The notes: generated by a model from the letters alone, not told the origin. Positions 52,840-63,962 are shown, counted from the first letter of the stretch. The stretch: DNA of 64,000 nt from Anaeromyxobacter sp. (GCA_049840735.1 JASGJN010000011.1:1-64000), one strand, 5' to 3'. Made by a program: numbers and translations.

Positions 52840-55497
52840 TCATTCGCGCCTGCGGCGGAGGGCGAGCAAGGCCAGGAGCCCGGCCAGCCCCGAGCCGCCG
52901 CTGCTGCAGCCGCCGCTCCGCGGGTTGCTGGGCGGGGGGTCCTCGGGTGGAGGAGGCGGTGGCGGAGGGGGTGGTGGAGGAGGAGGAGGAGGAGGAGGTG
53001 GTGGTGGTGGTGGTGGTGGTGGCGGCGGTGGAGGTGGCGGCGGGTCTGCGGCGAGCCCGACCGCGCGCAGCGTGGACGCGCCCTGATCCACCACCAGCCA
53101 GCGTCCATCCGGGAGCAGGGCGATGCCGGTAGGCACCGAGAACCGCGCCGTCGTGCCGTCCCCGTCCAGCGCGCCGGGGTCGCCGGTGCCGGCCCAGGTG
53201 CCGACCTGCCCGCCGGAGAGCCGGCGCAGCCGGGCGTTGCCGCCGTCGGCGACCAGCACGTCGGCGCCGTCGGCGGCCAGGCCGGCCACCGGCATGAAGC
53301 CGGCCTGCGCTGCGGCGCCGTCGGCGAAGCCGCCCGGCGGCGCGCCCGCCACCGTGGTCACGAGGTACGGCGGCGCGAGCTCGACCCGGCGGAGCGCGCG
53401 GTTGCCGGAGTCGAGCACCAGCAGGGCGCCGTCCAGCGCCAGCAGGTCGCCGGGGAAGCGGAGCGCGGCCTGCGCGCCCGGGCCGTCCGCCAGGTACTGC
53501 TGCGCCGGGCTGCCGGCGAGCGTGGTCACCTCGCCGGCCGGGGTGACCTTGCGGACGGCGCAGTTGCGCCGGTCGGCGAAGTAGAGGTCGTCGCCCACGA
53601 AGGCCAGGCCGGTGGGGCCGTCGAGCCGCGCCGCGGCGCCGGCGCCGTCGCTGAAGCCGGGCCACCCCGCCGCGCCGGCCAGCGTCTCGACCGCCCAGCC
53701 GCCGCTCCCTGGCCGCAGCCGAACCAGCCGATCGTTGCCGGTGTCGGCCACCACCACGGCGCCGTCTGGCGCCACGCTCACGCCCTGCGGCGAGCTCAGC
53801 CGCGCGGTCCGCCCCTCCCCGCCCCCGGGCGTGCCGTCGCCGACGATGGTCGTGACCACCCGCTCCCCGCCGGCGTCCATCCGGCGCACGGCGTGGTTGC
53901 CGGTGTCGGCGATCCAGACGTTGCCGGCGGCGTCCACCGCCGCGGCGGTGGGGCGGCGGAAGAGCGCCGTGGCCGCGGGGCCGTCGCGCAGCCCCTCGGT
54001 GAAGGCCTGGCCGGCCAGCGTGGCCACCGCCTCGGCGGCGCCCTGGAAGCTGACCTGCGGGAGCTGCGCGGGCAGCGGCCCGCCGTCGGTGGTGGGCGCG
54101 AGGCCGGCGCGGCGGAACAGGTTCTCCGTCATGCGCTGCACGCGCGCGTCGGCCCGGTCCGGATCCGAGAGCCCCCAGGTCCACTGGATGGTCCCGGCGG
54201 CGAAGACGAAGCCGCCGCCGGGCAGCTCGCGCGAGGCGGCCTCGTGGCGCTCGGGGAGGCCGTCCACGGTGGTGACGGGGGAGCGGGCCAGCACCCGCGT
54301 GCCGGCCGGCGTGCCGCTGCCGGCGTAGGTGCGGTCGCTCTCGTAGCCGACGATGCCGGGGATGGCGTCCCCGGGCGCGAGGCCGGTGCCGTCGAACAGC
54401 CAGTGCCCGGTGTCGCCCACCACCCAGGCCGCGTCCACCAGCTGCCAGCTGGCGTACATCGCGCCCATGAGCGCGTTCTCCGGCCAGGCCAGGGCGGGCG
54501 CGCGGAACTGCACGGTCACGAGCGGCGTGCCCGCCAGCGGATCGCGGGCAGACTGGCCCTTGTAGCAGACCTGCGTGCGCTGCGGCCGGGTGGGGTCGGC
54601 GCGCGAGGGCTCGAGCCGGATCTGCCAGTAGACGCTGTTGCCGGAGAGGAAGGCCGCGCTCGCGCCGGCGGCGAGGGCGGCCTCGAGGTGCTGGCGCTGG
54701 GCGCGCGTCCAGTACTCGTCGTGGCCGACGGACAGGAACAGCCGCTGCCCCTGGAGCAGGAGGGGATCGCGGTCCAGGTCCAGGTCGGTGGCGTAGACCA
54801 GGTCGAGCCCGCGCCCCTCCGCCCAGCGGACCAGGTCGTGCTCGTAGTCGAAGTACTGCCCCGCGCCGGCGCCCTCGGCGAAGGGCCGGTCGTACGAGAC
54901 CTCATGGGCGGGGCCGACGTAGAGGCTCCGGCCGCCCCACGGGTTGTAGGCCTGGTAGGTCGTGAAGGAGAGCTGCACCACGGCGGCGCCGCGCCGCGCG
55001 TCGTCGCGCAGCACGAAGATGGCGTACTGCTGCGGGCCGTCCTCGCGGGTGAGCTTGAGCAGGTAGACGCCGCTGGTCCAGTCCGCGCGGGTGGCCAGGG
55101 TGAAGCTGACCGGCCACTGGCACTCGACCAGCCCGGTGTCGGCGGCGGGCGCAGGGGTGGGCTGCGGGCCCACCGCGACGGGTCCGCCGCGCGCCACCAG
55201 CCGGGCCTCGGCGCCGCCGTACCATCCCATCCGGAAGAGCTTCCAGGTGAGGGTGTGCGCGCCGTCGGCCCGCACGTGCAGGTCCACGGGCTCGCCGCCG
55301 GCCACGCTGGCCGCGCTGGCGTAGGCCTCCAGCTGCCCGGGGGCCGCGCGCTGCGTGAGCCGCCAGCTGGCGTCCCCGGGCAGCGCGTTCTCCGCGGCGA
55401 TGGGGTTCGTGGCCTGGGCCGCGGCCGGGCCTGCCAGCGCAGCGAGCAGCGTCAGCCCCAGGATGCGCCAGCGGCACCCGCTCGTGCCCACGCCCAT
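52840..55497 (-). CDS. N,N-dimethylformamidase beta-subunit-like domain + NHL repeats + poly-Pro + MYXO-CTERM-type tail
   Basis: [45 protein letters not shown] repeats; GGCSSGG...LLALRRRRE. Confidence 0.82.
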   Translation of the reverse strand: MGVGTSGCRWRILGLTLLAALAGPAAAQATNPIAAENALPGDASWRLTQRAAPGQLEAYASAASVAGGEPVDLHVRADGAHTLTWKLFRMGWYGGAEARLVARGGPVAVGPQPTPAPAADTGLVECQWPVSFTLATRADWTSGVYLLKLTREDGPQQYAIFVLRDDARRGAAVVQLSFTTYQAYNPWGGRSLYVGPAHEVSYDRPFAEGAGAGQYFDYEHDLVRWAEGRGLDLVYATDLDLDRDPLLLQGQRLFLSVGHDEYWTRAQRQHLEAALAAGASAAFLSGNSVYWQIRLEPSRADPTRPQRTQVCYKGQSARDPLAGTPLVTVQFRAPALAWPENALMGAMYASWQLVDAAWVVGDTGHWLFDGTGLAPGDAIPGIVGYESDRTYAGSGTPAGTRVLARSPVTTVDGLPERHEAASRELPGGGFVFAAGTIQWTWGLSDPDRADARVQRMTENLFRRAGLAPTTDGGPLPAQLPQVSFQGAAEAVATLAGQAFTEGLRDGPAATALFRRPTAAAVDAAGNVWIADTGNHAVRRMDAGGERVVTTIVGDGTPGGGEGRTARLSSPQGVSVAPDGAVVVADTGNDRLVRLRPGSGGWAVETLAGAAGWPGFSDGAGAAARLDGPTGLAFVGDDLYFADRRNCAVRKVTPAGEVTTLAGSPAQQYLADGPGAQAALRFPGDLLALDGALLVLDSGNRALRRVELAPPYLVTTVAGAPPGGFADGAAAQAGFMPVAGLAADGADVLVADGGNARLRRLSGGQVGTWAGTGDPGALDGDGTTARFSVPTGIALLPDGRWLVVDQGASTLRAVGLAADPPPPPPPPPPPPPPPPPPPPPPPPPPPPPPPPPEDPPPSNPRSGGCSSGGSGLAGLLALLALRRRRE

Positions 55498-55721
55498 CCA
55501 CCCTCCCCCGCCTGGCGCAGCTGCAGCCGCCCCCACGTCTGCACGAGATGCGTGCGCAGGCGTCCCCGGGAAACTGCCATGCCGGAGGTTGGCCGCGTGC
55601 GGGACGGCGCGCGGCGCCTGGGACCATTGACACAGGGCGTCGTCGGGGGCTCTCCTCACCCCGAGCTTTCGCCGCTCGCCGCAGGTCGCCTGCGGCTCGA
55701 CCCCGCCGAGGAGGGCGCACC

Positions 55722-58031
55722 GTGGCCACCGACTTCACCCCCCCGAAGAACCCGCCCGAGGCGCCCGTCCAGAAGAAGGGCGTGAAGCGCGAGGAGGCGC
55801 TCGCGTACCACGAGGCCGGAAGGCCGGGGAAGATCGAGGTCGTCCCGACCAAGCCCTGCGCCACGGCCCGCGATCTCTCGCTGGCCTACTCGCCGGGCGT
55901 GGCCGAGCCCTGCCTGGCCATTGAGAAGGAGCCGGACCTCTCCTACCGCTACACGGCGCGCGGCAACCTGGTGGCGGTGATCTCCAACGGCACGGCGGTG
56001 CTGGGGCTGGGCGACATCGGCGCGCTGGCGGGCAAGCCGGTGATGGAGGGCAAGGGGGTCCTCTTCAAGAAGTTCGCCGACATCGACGTCTTCGACATCG
56101 AGGTGGCGGAGAAGGACGTGGACCGGTTCTGCCAGGTGGTGAAGGCGCTGGAGCCCACCTTCGGCGGCGTGAACCTGGAGGACATCAAGGCGCCGGAGTG
56201 CTTCATCGTCGAGGCGCGGCTCAAGAAGGAGATGCAGATCCCGGTCTTCCACGACGACCAGCACGGCACGGCCATCATCTCCGGCGCGGCGCTGCTCAAC
56301 GCGGTGGAGCTGGCCGGCAAGAAGATCGACCAGGTGAAGGTGGTGGTCTCCGGCGCGGGCGCGTCGGCCATCGCCTGCACGCGCTTCTACCTCGCGCTGG
56401 GCGTGAGGCGCGAGAACGTCGTCATGTGCGACACGAAGGGCGTGGTCTTCAAGGGTCGCAAGGAGGGCATGAACGAGTGGAAGGCGGAGTTCGCGTCGGA
56501 CACCAAGGCGCGGACGCTGGCCGAGGCGGCGGTGGGGGCGGACGTCCTGCTGGGCTGCTCGGTGAAGGGGCAGTTCACGCCGGAGATGATCGCCTCGATG
56601 GCGAAGGACCCCATCGTCTTCGCGCTGGCCAACCCTGATCCGGAGATCGGCTACCCGGAGGCCAAGGCGGTGCGCCCCGACCTGATCATGGCCACGGGCC
56701 GCTCCGACTACCCGAACCAGGTCAACAACGTGCTGGGCTTCCCGTACATCTTCCGCGGCGCGCTGGACGTGCGCGCCAAGGCCATCACGGAGGAGATGAA
56801 GATGGCGGCGGCCCGGGCGCTGGCGGCGCTGGCCCGCGAGGACGTGCCGGACTCGGTGTCGCGCGCCTACGGCGGCGAGCGGTTCACCTTCGGCCGCGAC
56901 TACATCATCCCGAAGCCGCTCGATCCGCGCGCGCTGCTCTGGGTGGCGCCGGCGGTGGCGGAGGCGGCGGTGGCGGGCGACGTGGCCCGGCTCACCCTGG
57001 ACCTGGATCGCTACCGCGAGGCGCTGCGGAGCCGCCAGAGCCGGGCGGCGCAGGTGATGGGCGGCATCTTCTCCAAGGCGCGGGGCAAGCCGGCCCGCAT
57101 CGCCTTCACGGAAGGTGACCACCCGAAGGTCCAGCAGGCGGCGGCGATCCTGCGCGAGGAGGCGATCTGCGAGCCGGTGCTGCTGGGGCCGGTGGAGACG
57201 ATCCGCAGCGCCATCGCCGACCAGGAGGCGCTGGAGGGCGTGACGGTGATCGACCCGCACGGCCACCCGGACTTCGAGCGGTACGCGGCCCGGCTCTGGG
57301 AGCTGCGGGCCCGCCACGGCGTCACGCTGGAGGACGCGCGGCGCCGGCTCCGCGGCCGCTCCACCTTCGCCACCCTGATGCTGGAGACGGGCGCGGTGGA
57401 CGGCCTGGTCTCGGGCCTCACCACCAGCTACGGCGAGGCGATCCGCGCCCCGCTGGAGGTGATCCGCACCCGGCCGGGCCGGCGGGCGGCGGGCGTGCAC
57501 ATCGTGGTCACGAAGAACGACTTCAAGTTCTTCGCCGACTGCACGGTCAACATCGACCCGACCGCGGAGGAGCTGGCGGACATCGCGGTGGAGACGGCGG
57601 CGCTGGCGCGCTCCTTCGAGGTGACGCCGCGGATCGCCTTCCTGAGCTACTCCACCTTCGGCTCGGCGCGCGGCGCCAGCCCGGCCAAGATGCGCGCGGC
57701 GGCCGAGCGGGTCCGCAAGCTGCACCCGGACCTCGAGGTGGAGGGCGAGGTGCAGGCCTACGTCTCGCTCAGCGAGGACGTGCGGCGCACGGAGTTCCCC
57801 TTCTCGACGCTGCAGAGCGACGCGAACGTCTTCGTCTTCCCGGACCTGGACGCCGCCAACATCAGCTACCAGCTGCTGCAGCAGCTGGGCGGCGCCGAGA
57901 CCATCGGGCCGGTGCTGCTGGGCATGAGCAAGCCGGTCAACATCCTGCAGATGGGCTGCTCGGTGCAGGCCATCGTCAACATGGCGGGGCTCACCGCCCT
58001 CAAGGTGCAGGGCGAGCAGTTCGACTACTGA
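55722..58031 (+). CDS. maeB: NADP-dependent malic enzyme with PTA-like domain
   Basis: [45 protein letters not shown]-terminal FPDLDAANI. Confidence 0.95.
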   Translation: MATDFTPPKNPPEAPVQKKGVKREEALAYHEAGRPGKIEVVPTKPCATARDLSLAYSPGVAEPCLAIEKEPDLSYRYTARGNLVAVISNGTAVLGLGDIGALAGKPVMEGKGVLFKKFADIDVFDIEVAEKDVDRFCQVVKALEPTFGGVNLEDIKAPECFIVEARLKKEMQIPVFHDDQHGTAIISGAALLNAVELAGKKIDQVKVVVSGAGASAIACTRFYLALGVRRENVVMCDTKGVVFKGRKEGMNEWKAEFASDTKARTLAEAAVGADVLLGCSVKGQFTPEMIASMAKDPIVFALANPDPEIGYPEAKAVRPDLIMATGRSDYPNQVNNVLGFPYIFRGALDVRAKAITEEMKMAAARALAALAREDVPDSVSRAYGGERFTFGRDYIIPKPLDPRALLWVAPAVAEAAVAGDVARLTLDLDRYREALRSRQSRAAQVMGGIFSKARGKPARIAFTEGDHPKVQQAAAILREEAICEPVLLGPVETIRSAIADQEALEGVTVIDPHGHPDFERYAARLWELRARHGVTLEDARRRLRGRSTFATLMLETGAVDGLVSGLTTSYGEAIRAPLEVIRTRPGRRAAGVHIVVTKNDFKFFADCTVNIDPTAEELADIAVETAALARSFEVTPRIAFLSYSTFGSARGASPAKMRAAAERVRKLHPDLEVEGEVQAYVSLSEDVRRTEFPFSTLQSDANVFVFPDLDAANISYQLLQQLGGAETIGPVLLGMSKPVNILQMGCSVQAIVNMAGLTALKVQGEQFDY

Positions 58032-58108
58032 CCGTCCGGGCCGGCCAGGCCGGCCCGGACCGCCTCCGGCGTCGAACGCGCGACCGCTCCAGCCGGCTGC
58101 GGTCGATT

Positions 58109-58209
58109 CCGTTCGGCCTGAGCGTAGGGCGCGCGCCCAGCGCGCCCGGAGTCGAAGGCCAAGGGCTCCAAGCAAGCCGTTCGCCCTGAGCCTGTCGAAG
58201 GGCGAGCGG
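58109..58209 (+). repeat. REP-like element: full copy (58109-58160) plus minimal copy (58177-58209)
   Basis: Minimal copy CCGTTCGCCCTGAGCCTGTCGAAGGGCGAGCGG lacks the inner hairpin. Confidence 0.85.
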
Positions 58210-58352
58210 GACGGCTTTCGGCATCGTCCCTGCGCGCCACCGGAACGGCCGCTTCGCTCGGACTTGCTGGAGCTTTCGCGGCGCAGTCGTGCGTCGCGCT
58301 CCGGGAGCTGCAGCGCTCTCGCGGCGCTGGCCGTGGCCGACGCCTCGCGCCT

Positions 58353-59120
58353 TCAGGGCGCTCGCGCCGCGCCCGCCCCTTCGCCGTGATCGAACGCCCC
58401 GCGCTCCAGGAAGCTGAGCACCTGCCGCTGCACCTCGGCGTCGTCCATCATGAAGGTGTGCGTCACCGGCAGCACCAGGTGATCGGCGGCGCCCTCGAGC
58501 CGGGTCCGCTCCACGGTCACCTTCCCGTCGTCGGGGCCGGGGAGCATGAGGCTGTTGATCAGGTTCCAGGAGCGGTTGCCGGCCACGATGCCGAGCGGGA
58601 AGGTGGCGGGGCCGAGCCGGTTGGGGAGCGAGCCGGGGCCGGTGCCGAGCTCGCCGCCGGCGGGGCCGTTCACCTTGCGGAAGAGCCAGAGGTCGCCCAG
58701 CCGGTCCACCACCTCGCTGCCGCGGTTGGGCGGGCCGAGCATGACCACGCGCCCGAGCTCGGGGAGCGGGTGGCGGGCCAGCCAGCTGCGCACCAGGATG
58801 CCGCCCATGGAGTGGGTGACGAAGTGGACGCGGGTTGCGCCGGCGGCGCGGCGGCGCTCCACGGCCGGGCCGATGGCCTGGTCGGCGAGCGCCTCGGCCG
58901 CGGCGCTGGTGGAGGGGTAGTCGACGTTGTCTACCTGGTAGCCGGCGTCCTCGAGCGCGCGCGCCAGCCCGGACATGGCGCCGGCGGAGCGCGCCAGCCC
59001 GTGCAGCACGATGACGTGCTCGCCGACGTGCGCTCGCGGCGCGGGCTCACCGGCCTGGACGGCGGGGCCGGCCAGCGTGAGCGCGAGGGCGGAGAGCAGG
59101 CGGCGGGCGCGGAGCGGCAC
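58353..59120 (-). CDS. Secreted alpha/beta hydrolase (lipase/esterase-like)
   Basis: VLHGL, THSMGG, DDGKV, HTFM. Confidence 0.88.
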   Translation of the reverse strand: MPLRARRLLSALALTLAGPAVQAGEPAPRAHVGEHVIVLHGLARSAGAMSGLARALEDAGYQVDNVDYPSTSAAAEALADQAIGPAVERRRAAGATRVHFVTHSMGGILVRSWLARHPLPELGRVVMLGPPNRGSEVVDRLGDLWLFRKVNGPAGGELGTGPGSLPNRLGPATFPLGIVAGNRSWNLINSLMLPGPDDGKVTVERTRLEGAADHLVLPVTHTFMMDDAEVQRQVLSFLERGAFDHGEGAGAARAP

Positions 59121-59161
59121 GCCCGGCAGTCTACCGCGCCGCCGGGCGCCCCTGCGCGCGA

Positions 59162-59359
59162 TCAGCGGCGGGTGGGGCCGCCCTCGTCCTTGCCGCCGCG
59201 CCGCTGCGCCGGCTCGCCCTCGTCGCCGTGCTTCGCGTGACGCGTGGAGCGCTCGGCCCTGGTCCGCGCCTCCTCGGCCGCCCGCGCGCGGGCCGCAGCC
59301 TGCTCCGGCGTGTCCTGGTGCGGCGTGGCGCTGCCCTTCCCCAAATCCTTGAAGCCCAT
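59162..59359 (-). CDS. Small charged hypothetical protein
   Basis: ATG with GGGGG upstream, fills the gap between co-oriented genes. Confidence 0.5.
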   Translation of the reverse strand: MGFKDLGKGSATPHQDTPEQAAARARAAEEARTRAERSTRHAKHGDEGEPAQRRGGKDEGGPTRR

Positions 59360-59478
59360 GGTTCGCCCCCGGCGTGTGTCCTCACCGGTGGTCTAACCAC
59401 CGCCCGCCAGCAGCGCAGCGAGCGGCCAGGGCGTGAGGCGCCCCTCCGACCGCGCGGCGGGCGGAGGGGCAGGCCAGG

Positions 59479-61560
59479 TCACCAGACCCGGACGCGCGCC
59501 TCCGGCGCGAGCCAGAGCGCCTGGCCCTCGCGCACGCCGAAGGCCGGGTACCACGCGTCCAGGTTGCGCACGGTGAGCGCGCGGTAGTGCCCGGGGGCGT
59601 GACCGTCGGTCATCAGGGCGCGCCGCGCCGACGGCTCGCGCTCCTTCTCCTCCCAGGTCTGCGCGAAGGCGAGGAAGAACTGCTGCTCGCCGGTGAAGCC
59701 GTCCACCACCGGCGCGTCGCGCCCGCCCAGCGAGGCGCGCCACGCGTCGTGCGCCGCCGCCAGGCCGGCCAGGTCGGCGATGTTCTCACCCAGCGTCAGC
59801 TTGCCGTTCACGCCCAGGTCCGGAAACGGGCGGTAGGCGTCGTACTGCTTCGACAGCGCGAGCCCCGCGGCCTGGAAGTGGGCCAGGTCCGCCTCGGTCC
59901 ACCAGCTGGCCAGCCGGCCCTGCGCGTCGAAGAGCGCGCCCTGGTCGTCGAAGGAGTGGCTGATCTCGTGGCCGATCACCGCGCCCAGGGCGCCGTACTT
60001 GGCCGCCGGCGTGGCGCGGGCGTCGAAGAAGGGCGGCTCCATGAAGCCGGCGGGGAACTGGATGCCGTTCCGGACCGGCAGGTTCACGGCGTTGACCTCG
60101 TGTGGCAGGAAGCACCACTCGCCGCGGTCCGGCGCCTGGCCGAGCTTGGCCAGGTTGCGGCGGTACTCGAAGCGCGAGCCGCGCTCCACGTTGCCGAACA
60201 GGTCGTCGGCCGCGATGGTGAGGCCGCCGTGGTCCCGCCAGCGGTCGGGGTAGCCGATCCCGACCTGCAGCGCCGCCAGCTTGGCCCGCGCGCTGGCCCG
60301 GGTCTCCGGCGCCATCCAGTGAAGCGCGTCGATGCGCCGGCCGAACGCGGCGCGGATGTTCTCCACCATGACCAGGATCTCGGCCTTGGAGCGGGCCGGG
60401 AAGTACTGCTCCACGTAGAGCTGCCCCAGCCCCTCGCCGATGACGCGATCCACCACCTCCAGGCCGCGCTTCCAGCGGGGGAGCTGCTCGGGCGTGCCGC
60501 TCAGCACCGTGCCGTGGAAGGCGAAGCTCTCGTCGGCCAGCGCGCGGGTCAGGTACGGCGCGGCGCGCTCGACGGCCCGCACGGCCAGGTAGTCGCGCCA
60601 GGTCTCGAGCGGCTCCTGCGCCGCCGCCGCCGCCAGCCCGGTCACGGCGGTCGGCTGCCAGACGACGAAGCCCGGCTGCCGGTCGAGCCCCGCCGCGGCC
60701 AGGAAGGCGGCCCAGTCCAGGCCGGGGGCCCGGGCCTCGAGGTCGGCGCGGGTCCAGCGGTTCCGGCCGCGCTCCACCTGGCCGGAGTCCTCGCGGGAGG
60801 CGTGGGTGGCCGCGAGGCGCGTCTCGAAGGCGACCACCCGCTCCGCCCGCGCCTCGGCGCGGTCGAAGCCGGCCAGCAGGAACATGCGCGCCAGGTGGGC
60901 GCGGTACTGCTGGCGCCCCTCGGCCAGCCGCGGGGAGTCGTCCAGGTAGTAGCTGCAATCCGGCAGCCCCAGCCCGCCCTGCACCAGGTAGGCGGCGTTG
61001 TGCGCCGGGTCCTGCATGTCCTGCTCCACCCAGAGCCCCAGCGGACGGCTGGTCCACATCCAGGTGCAGTTCATGATGTCCACGTCGGCGCGCACCGTCG
61101 CGCCCAGCTCGGCCGCCAGGGCGCGCCGGTCGGCCAGCCCGGCGATCCGGTCCAGCGCCGGCCGCAGCGGCGCCAGCCCGCGGCGCTCGATGGTGGCCTC
61201 GTCCATGTAGCTCAGGTACAGGTCGCCCACCTTGCGCGTGACGGTCCCGGCGGGCGCGCCGGCCTTCGCGGCCGCCTCCACCAGCGCGCGGTTGCGCCCC
61301 TCGACGGTCTCGAACACCCGCAGGAAGGCGCCGGTGCCGGAGCGGTCGGGCGGGATGACCGCCGACTTCATGAAGCCGCCGGCCGCGTGCAGGTAGAAGT
61401 CGTCGCCGGGGGCGACCACCGGGTCCATGGCGGCGCGGTCCACGGCCACCGTCCCCTGCGGCACCGCCGCGGCCGGGGCGGACGCGGGCGGCGCCGGGCG
61501 GGCGCAGGCGAGGACCAGGAGCAGGGCCGGCAAGGGCGAGCGACGCAGCGACATGGGCAC
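59479..61560 (-). CDS. M13-family metallopeptidase (PepO-like), probable lipoprotein
   Basis: PGDDFY, VNA, GHEISHSFD, GENIAD; LVLAC lipobox. Confidence 0.93.
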   Translation of the reverse strand: MPMSLRRSPLPALLLVLACARPAPPASAPAAAVPQGTVAVDRAAMDPVVAPGDDFYLHAAGGFMKSAVIPPDRSGTGAFLRVFETVEGRNRALVEAAAKAGAPAGTVTRKVGDLYLSYMDEATIERRGLAPLRPALDRIAGLADRRALAAELGATVRADVDIMNCTWMWTSRPLGLWVEQDMQDPAHNAAYLVQGGLGLPDCSYYLDDSPRLAEGRQQYRAHLARMFLLAGFDRAEARAERVVAFETRLAATHASREDSGQVERGRNRWTRADLEARAPGLDWAAFLAAAGLDRQPGFVVWQPTAVTGLAAAAAQEPLETWRDYLAVRAVERAAPYLTRALADESFAFHGTVLSGTPEQLPRWKRGLEVVDRVIGEGLGQLYVEQYFPARSKAEILVMVENIRAAFGRRIDALHWMAPETRASARAKLAALQVGIGYPDRWRDHGGLTIAADDLFGNVERGSRFEYRRNLAKLGQAPDRGEWCFLPHEVNAVNLPVRNGIQFPAGFMEPPFFDARATPAAKYGALGAVIGHEISHSFDDQGALFDAQGRLASWWTEADLAHFQAAGLALSKQYDAYRPFPDLGVNGKLTLGENIADLAGLAAAHDAWRASLGGRDAPVVDGFTGEQQFFLAFAQTWEEKEREPSARRALMTDGHAPGHYRALTVRNLDAWYPAFGVREGQALWLAPEARVRVW

Positions 61561-61659
61561 CTCCGGGTGGACGCAGGTAGGGAGCGAGGGGGCGAGCGTT
61601 CGTGACCCGGAATCGTCAGGTGGTGGCGGGTGGCCAGGGGGCGGCTCCCGCCCGGGCGC

Positions 61660-63147
61660 TCAGAGGTTGATGCGCGCCGCCACGCCCACGTCGATCACCG
61701 GCGCGCCGCTCGGCAAATCCGCCGCGGCCGCGATCTCGGGGGGCAGCGCGAACCTGAACTCGCCGCCCTTCTGGCCCAGGTGGCCGGCCACGTAGGTCTC
61801 GACGCGCAGGTAGGTGAGCGCCAGCACCGAGTGGTCGAGCCGGACGATGGTGCTCCGGTCGGACAGGTTCCCGATCACCGAGAGCGTGAAGGTGGTGTCG
61901 TTCCACGGTCCGGGGCTGGGCAGGAGCACGTAGAGGCCCAGGTAGTGCTGGCCCAGGTAGAACGGCTGGAAGCCGCTCGCGTCCTGGCTCAGCGCCGCGG
62001 AGGTCAGGAGCGTCGGGTAGACGCCCGCGTCCTCGTAGCCGGCCGCGTTGTAGAAGTACTCCGCGCCCACCGTGACCGCGTCCTCGTCGGAGTAGTTGGC
62101 CGACCAGGTGGCGCCACCCACCACCTGGGGGGTGAAGCCGGTGAGATCGTCCCGCACCCAGCTCGACCCGTTCCACGCATAGTGCGGCCCGTCGGTGCCG
62201 TTGCGCAGGGAGGCCTCGGCGTGCAGATCGAGGTCCCACAGGCCGCCGGAGACGTCCACGCCGAAGCGCGCGTCCCGGCCGTCCTGGACCATGCCGTCCA
62301 GGCCCAGCTCGGCCGGCCCCAGCACGATCTCGGCGCGTCCGCCGGCGGCGACCCGGCCCACGCGATCGGTGGGCTGGCGCAGGTCGCCGGCCAGGTCCTG
62401 GAACATCAGCACGCCTTGGAAGTTCCAGCCCCGCTTCTCCCAGGGGAGGTGGAGCTTGAGGAGCGGCGTCCCCTGGCGCACGTCGTAGACGGCCAGCGGA
62501 TCGCGCCGGACCGGGTGCAGGTAGTCGGTGGGGTTCCAGAACTTGCCGGTGCCCCACTTGGCGTGCTGCTTGCCGGCCGTGACGAAGGCCGTCCTGCCGA
62601 CGTCGAAGTTGACCCACAGCTGATCCAGCACGCCGGTGACGTCCGAGCTGGTGCCGGCGCTGCCGGGGAGCCCCGGCCCGGCCTCGGCCGGCGCGGTGGG
62701 ATCGTAGGAGAGGCGGCCCTGGACGAAGCCGCGGACCCGGTCGTTGGGCCGGGCGTCCAGGTAGACGTCGAGCAGGTTGGGCGAGGCCAGCGGCCACTCC
62801 CGCGCCTGGCCGGTGTCGTAGGCCGAGGCGTCCAGCCGGAGGTAGAGCTGCCCGCCCACGCTCAGCACCTCGCGGCGGGACCGCTCGATGAGCCGATCCG
62901 GCGGCGCGGGCAGCGCGTTGGGGGAGCCCTGCGCGCCGAACAGCTCCTCCTCCTCGGGGCGGGCGGGGCCCGCGGGCGGGGCCTGGCCCTGCTGGTCCTT
63001 GGCAGCGGCTTGGCCGTCCTGCGGTCCGCCCGGCTCGGACGCCGGCGGCGTCCCGAACAGCTCCTCCTCGCTGGGCCGGTCCTGGGCGGGCGCCAGCGCC
63101 GGCGCGAGGGAGGCAGCGAGCAGCAACGAGCGCAGGGTGCGGGTCAT
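61660..63147 (-). CDS. Putative outer-membrane beta-barrel protein
   Basis: Signal peptide, acidic EEELFG repeats, GKQ..WGTG.FWNPTD, amphipathic strands to the C-terminus. Confidence 0.7.
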   Translation of the reverse strand: MTRTLRSLLLAASLAPALAPAQDRPSEEELFGTPPASEPGGPQDGQAAAKDQQGQAPPAGPARPEEEELFGAQGSPNALPAPPDRLIERSRREVLSVGGQLYLRLDASAYDTGQAREWPLASPNLLDVYLDARPNDRVRGFVQGRLSYDPTAPAEAGPGLPGSAGTSSDVTGVLDQLWVNFDVGRTAFVTAGKQHAKWGTGKFWNPTDYLHPVRRDPLAVYDVRQGTPLLKLHLPWEKRGWNFQGVLMFQDLAGDLRQPTDRVGRVAAGGRAEIVLGPAELGLDGMVQDGRDARFGVDVSGGLWDLDLHAEASLRNGTDGPHYAWNGSSWVRDDLTGFTPQVVGGATWSANYSDEDAVTVGAEYFYNAAGYEDAGVYPTLLTSAALSQDASGFQPFYLGQHYLGLYVLLPSPGPWNDTTFTLSVIGNLSDRSTIVRLDHSVLALTYLRVETYVAGHLGQKGGEFRFALPPEIAAAADLPSGAPVIDVGVAARINL

Positions 63148-63178
63148 CGGGGAGGCCTCTGGGTGTCGGTCCGAGGTG

Positions 63179-63962
63179 CTAGCGGCTCTTCGACTCGAGC
63201 CAGGCCTTGGTGAAGATGTTCGCCTCCAGCGGCCGCAGGTCGATCTCCTTGATCAGGATGAGGGTGGCGTTTCCCTTCTCGATTCTCGTCGAAGACCCGC
63301 AGCTCCTCCGGGTACCAGACGTCGGCCTTCTTCGACTCCGAGAAGACCTTCTTCCAGCGCGGGTAGTAGGTCGTGCGCATGAGCCGGCCGGAGAGCGCCA
63401 GGTCCTGCCGCTTCAGGATGTTGAGCGTCTTCACGTCCACCCACAGGTGGCGCACCGGGTAGGAGACGTCCACCCCGGGCTTCACGTCGAAGATCAGGTG
63501 GTGGACGTCGAAGGCCCCCAGCTTCTCGTCTCCCACCCAGCGGCTGGTGAAGTCCTGCGCCAGGCGCGGCTCGGAGAGATCGTCGCGCCGCGTGTCGGTC
63601 CCGCCGATCCGCTCCCGCTCGGTCCGCCGCTCCCAGCGCCCGGTGGACGGGTCGTAGCTCCACAGGTTCTTCTCGATGCGGAGGTAGCCCTTGCCCGCCT
63701 CGGTGCGCGGCTGGGTGAAGAGGAACATCTGCTTGTCGTCCTCGTCGCGCCGGTAGACCAGGAGCTCGTAGACGACGTCGGTCTTCCCCTTCTCCTTGGC
63801 CTCCATGTAGGCCAGCGCCTTCCAGTCCCCGGAGTTGCGCTGCCGGTCGTCGAGCGTCTCCACCAGCTGCTGGAGCGCCGGGCCCTCGAGGGCGCGGGCG
63901 GCGGACGGGAGCAGGGCCAGGGCGGCCAGGAGGAGCGCGAGCGGACGGTGCATGGGGTTCAC
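63179..63962 (-). CDS. LolA-like 'outer membrane lipoprotein-sorting' protein (apparent frameshift ~63283)
   Basis: F..P..EAGKGYLR...NLW.Y, GGTD...DL; repaired C-terminus EANIFTKAWLESKSR. Confidence 0.78.

Noticed and set aside
52716..53108. ORF with poly-His/poly-Leu tract
   Set aside because: Alternative frame of the poly-Pro codons of the real gene.
7651..58209. Repeat copies as a CRISPR array or IS ends
   Set aside because: Copies are dispersed, not regularly spaced; no cas or transposase genes and no target duplications seen.
8820..63213. Many long antisense or alternate-frame ORFs (e.g. 8820..11861, 13322..16669, 21034..25098, 52090..55785)
   Set aside because: Arg/Gly/Ala/Pro-rich shadow frames expected at this GC content, overlapping well-supported genes.
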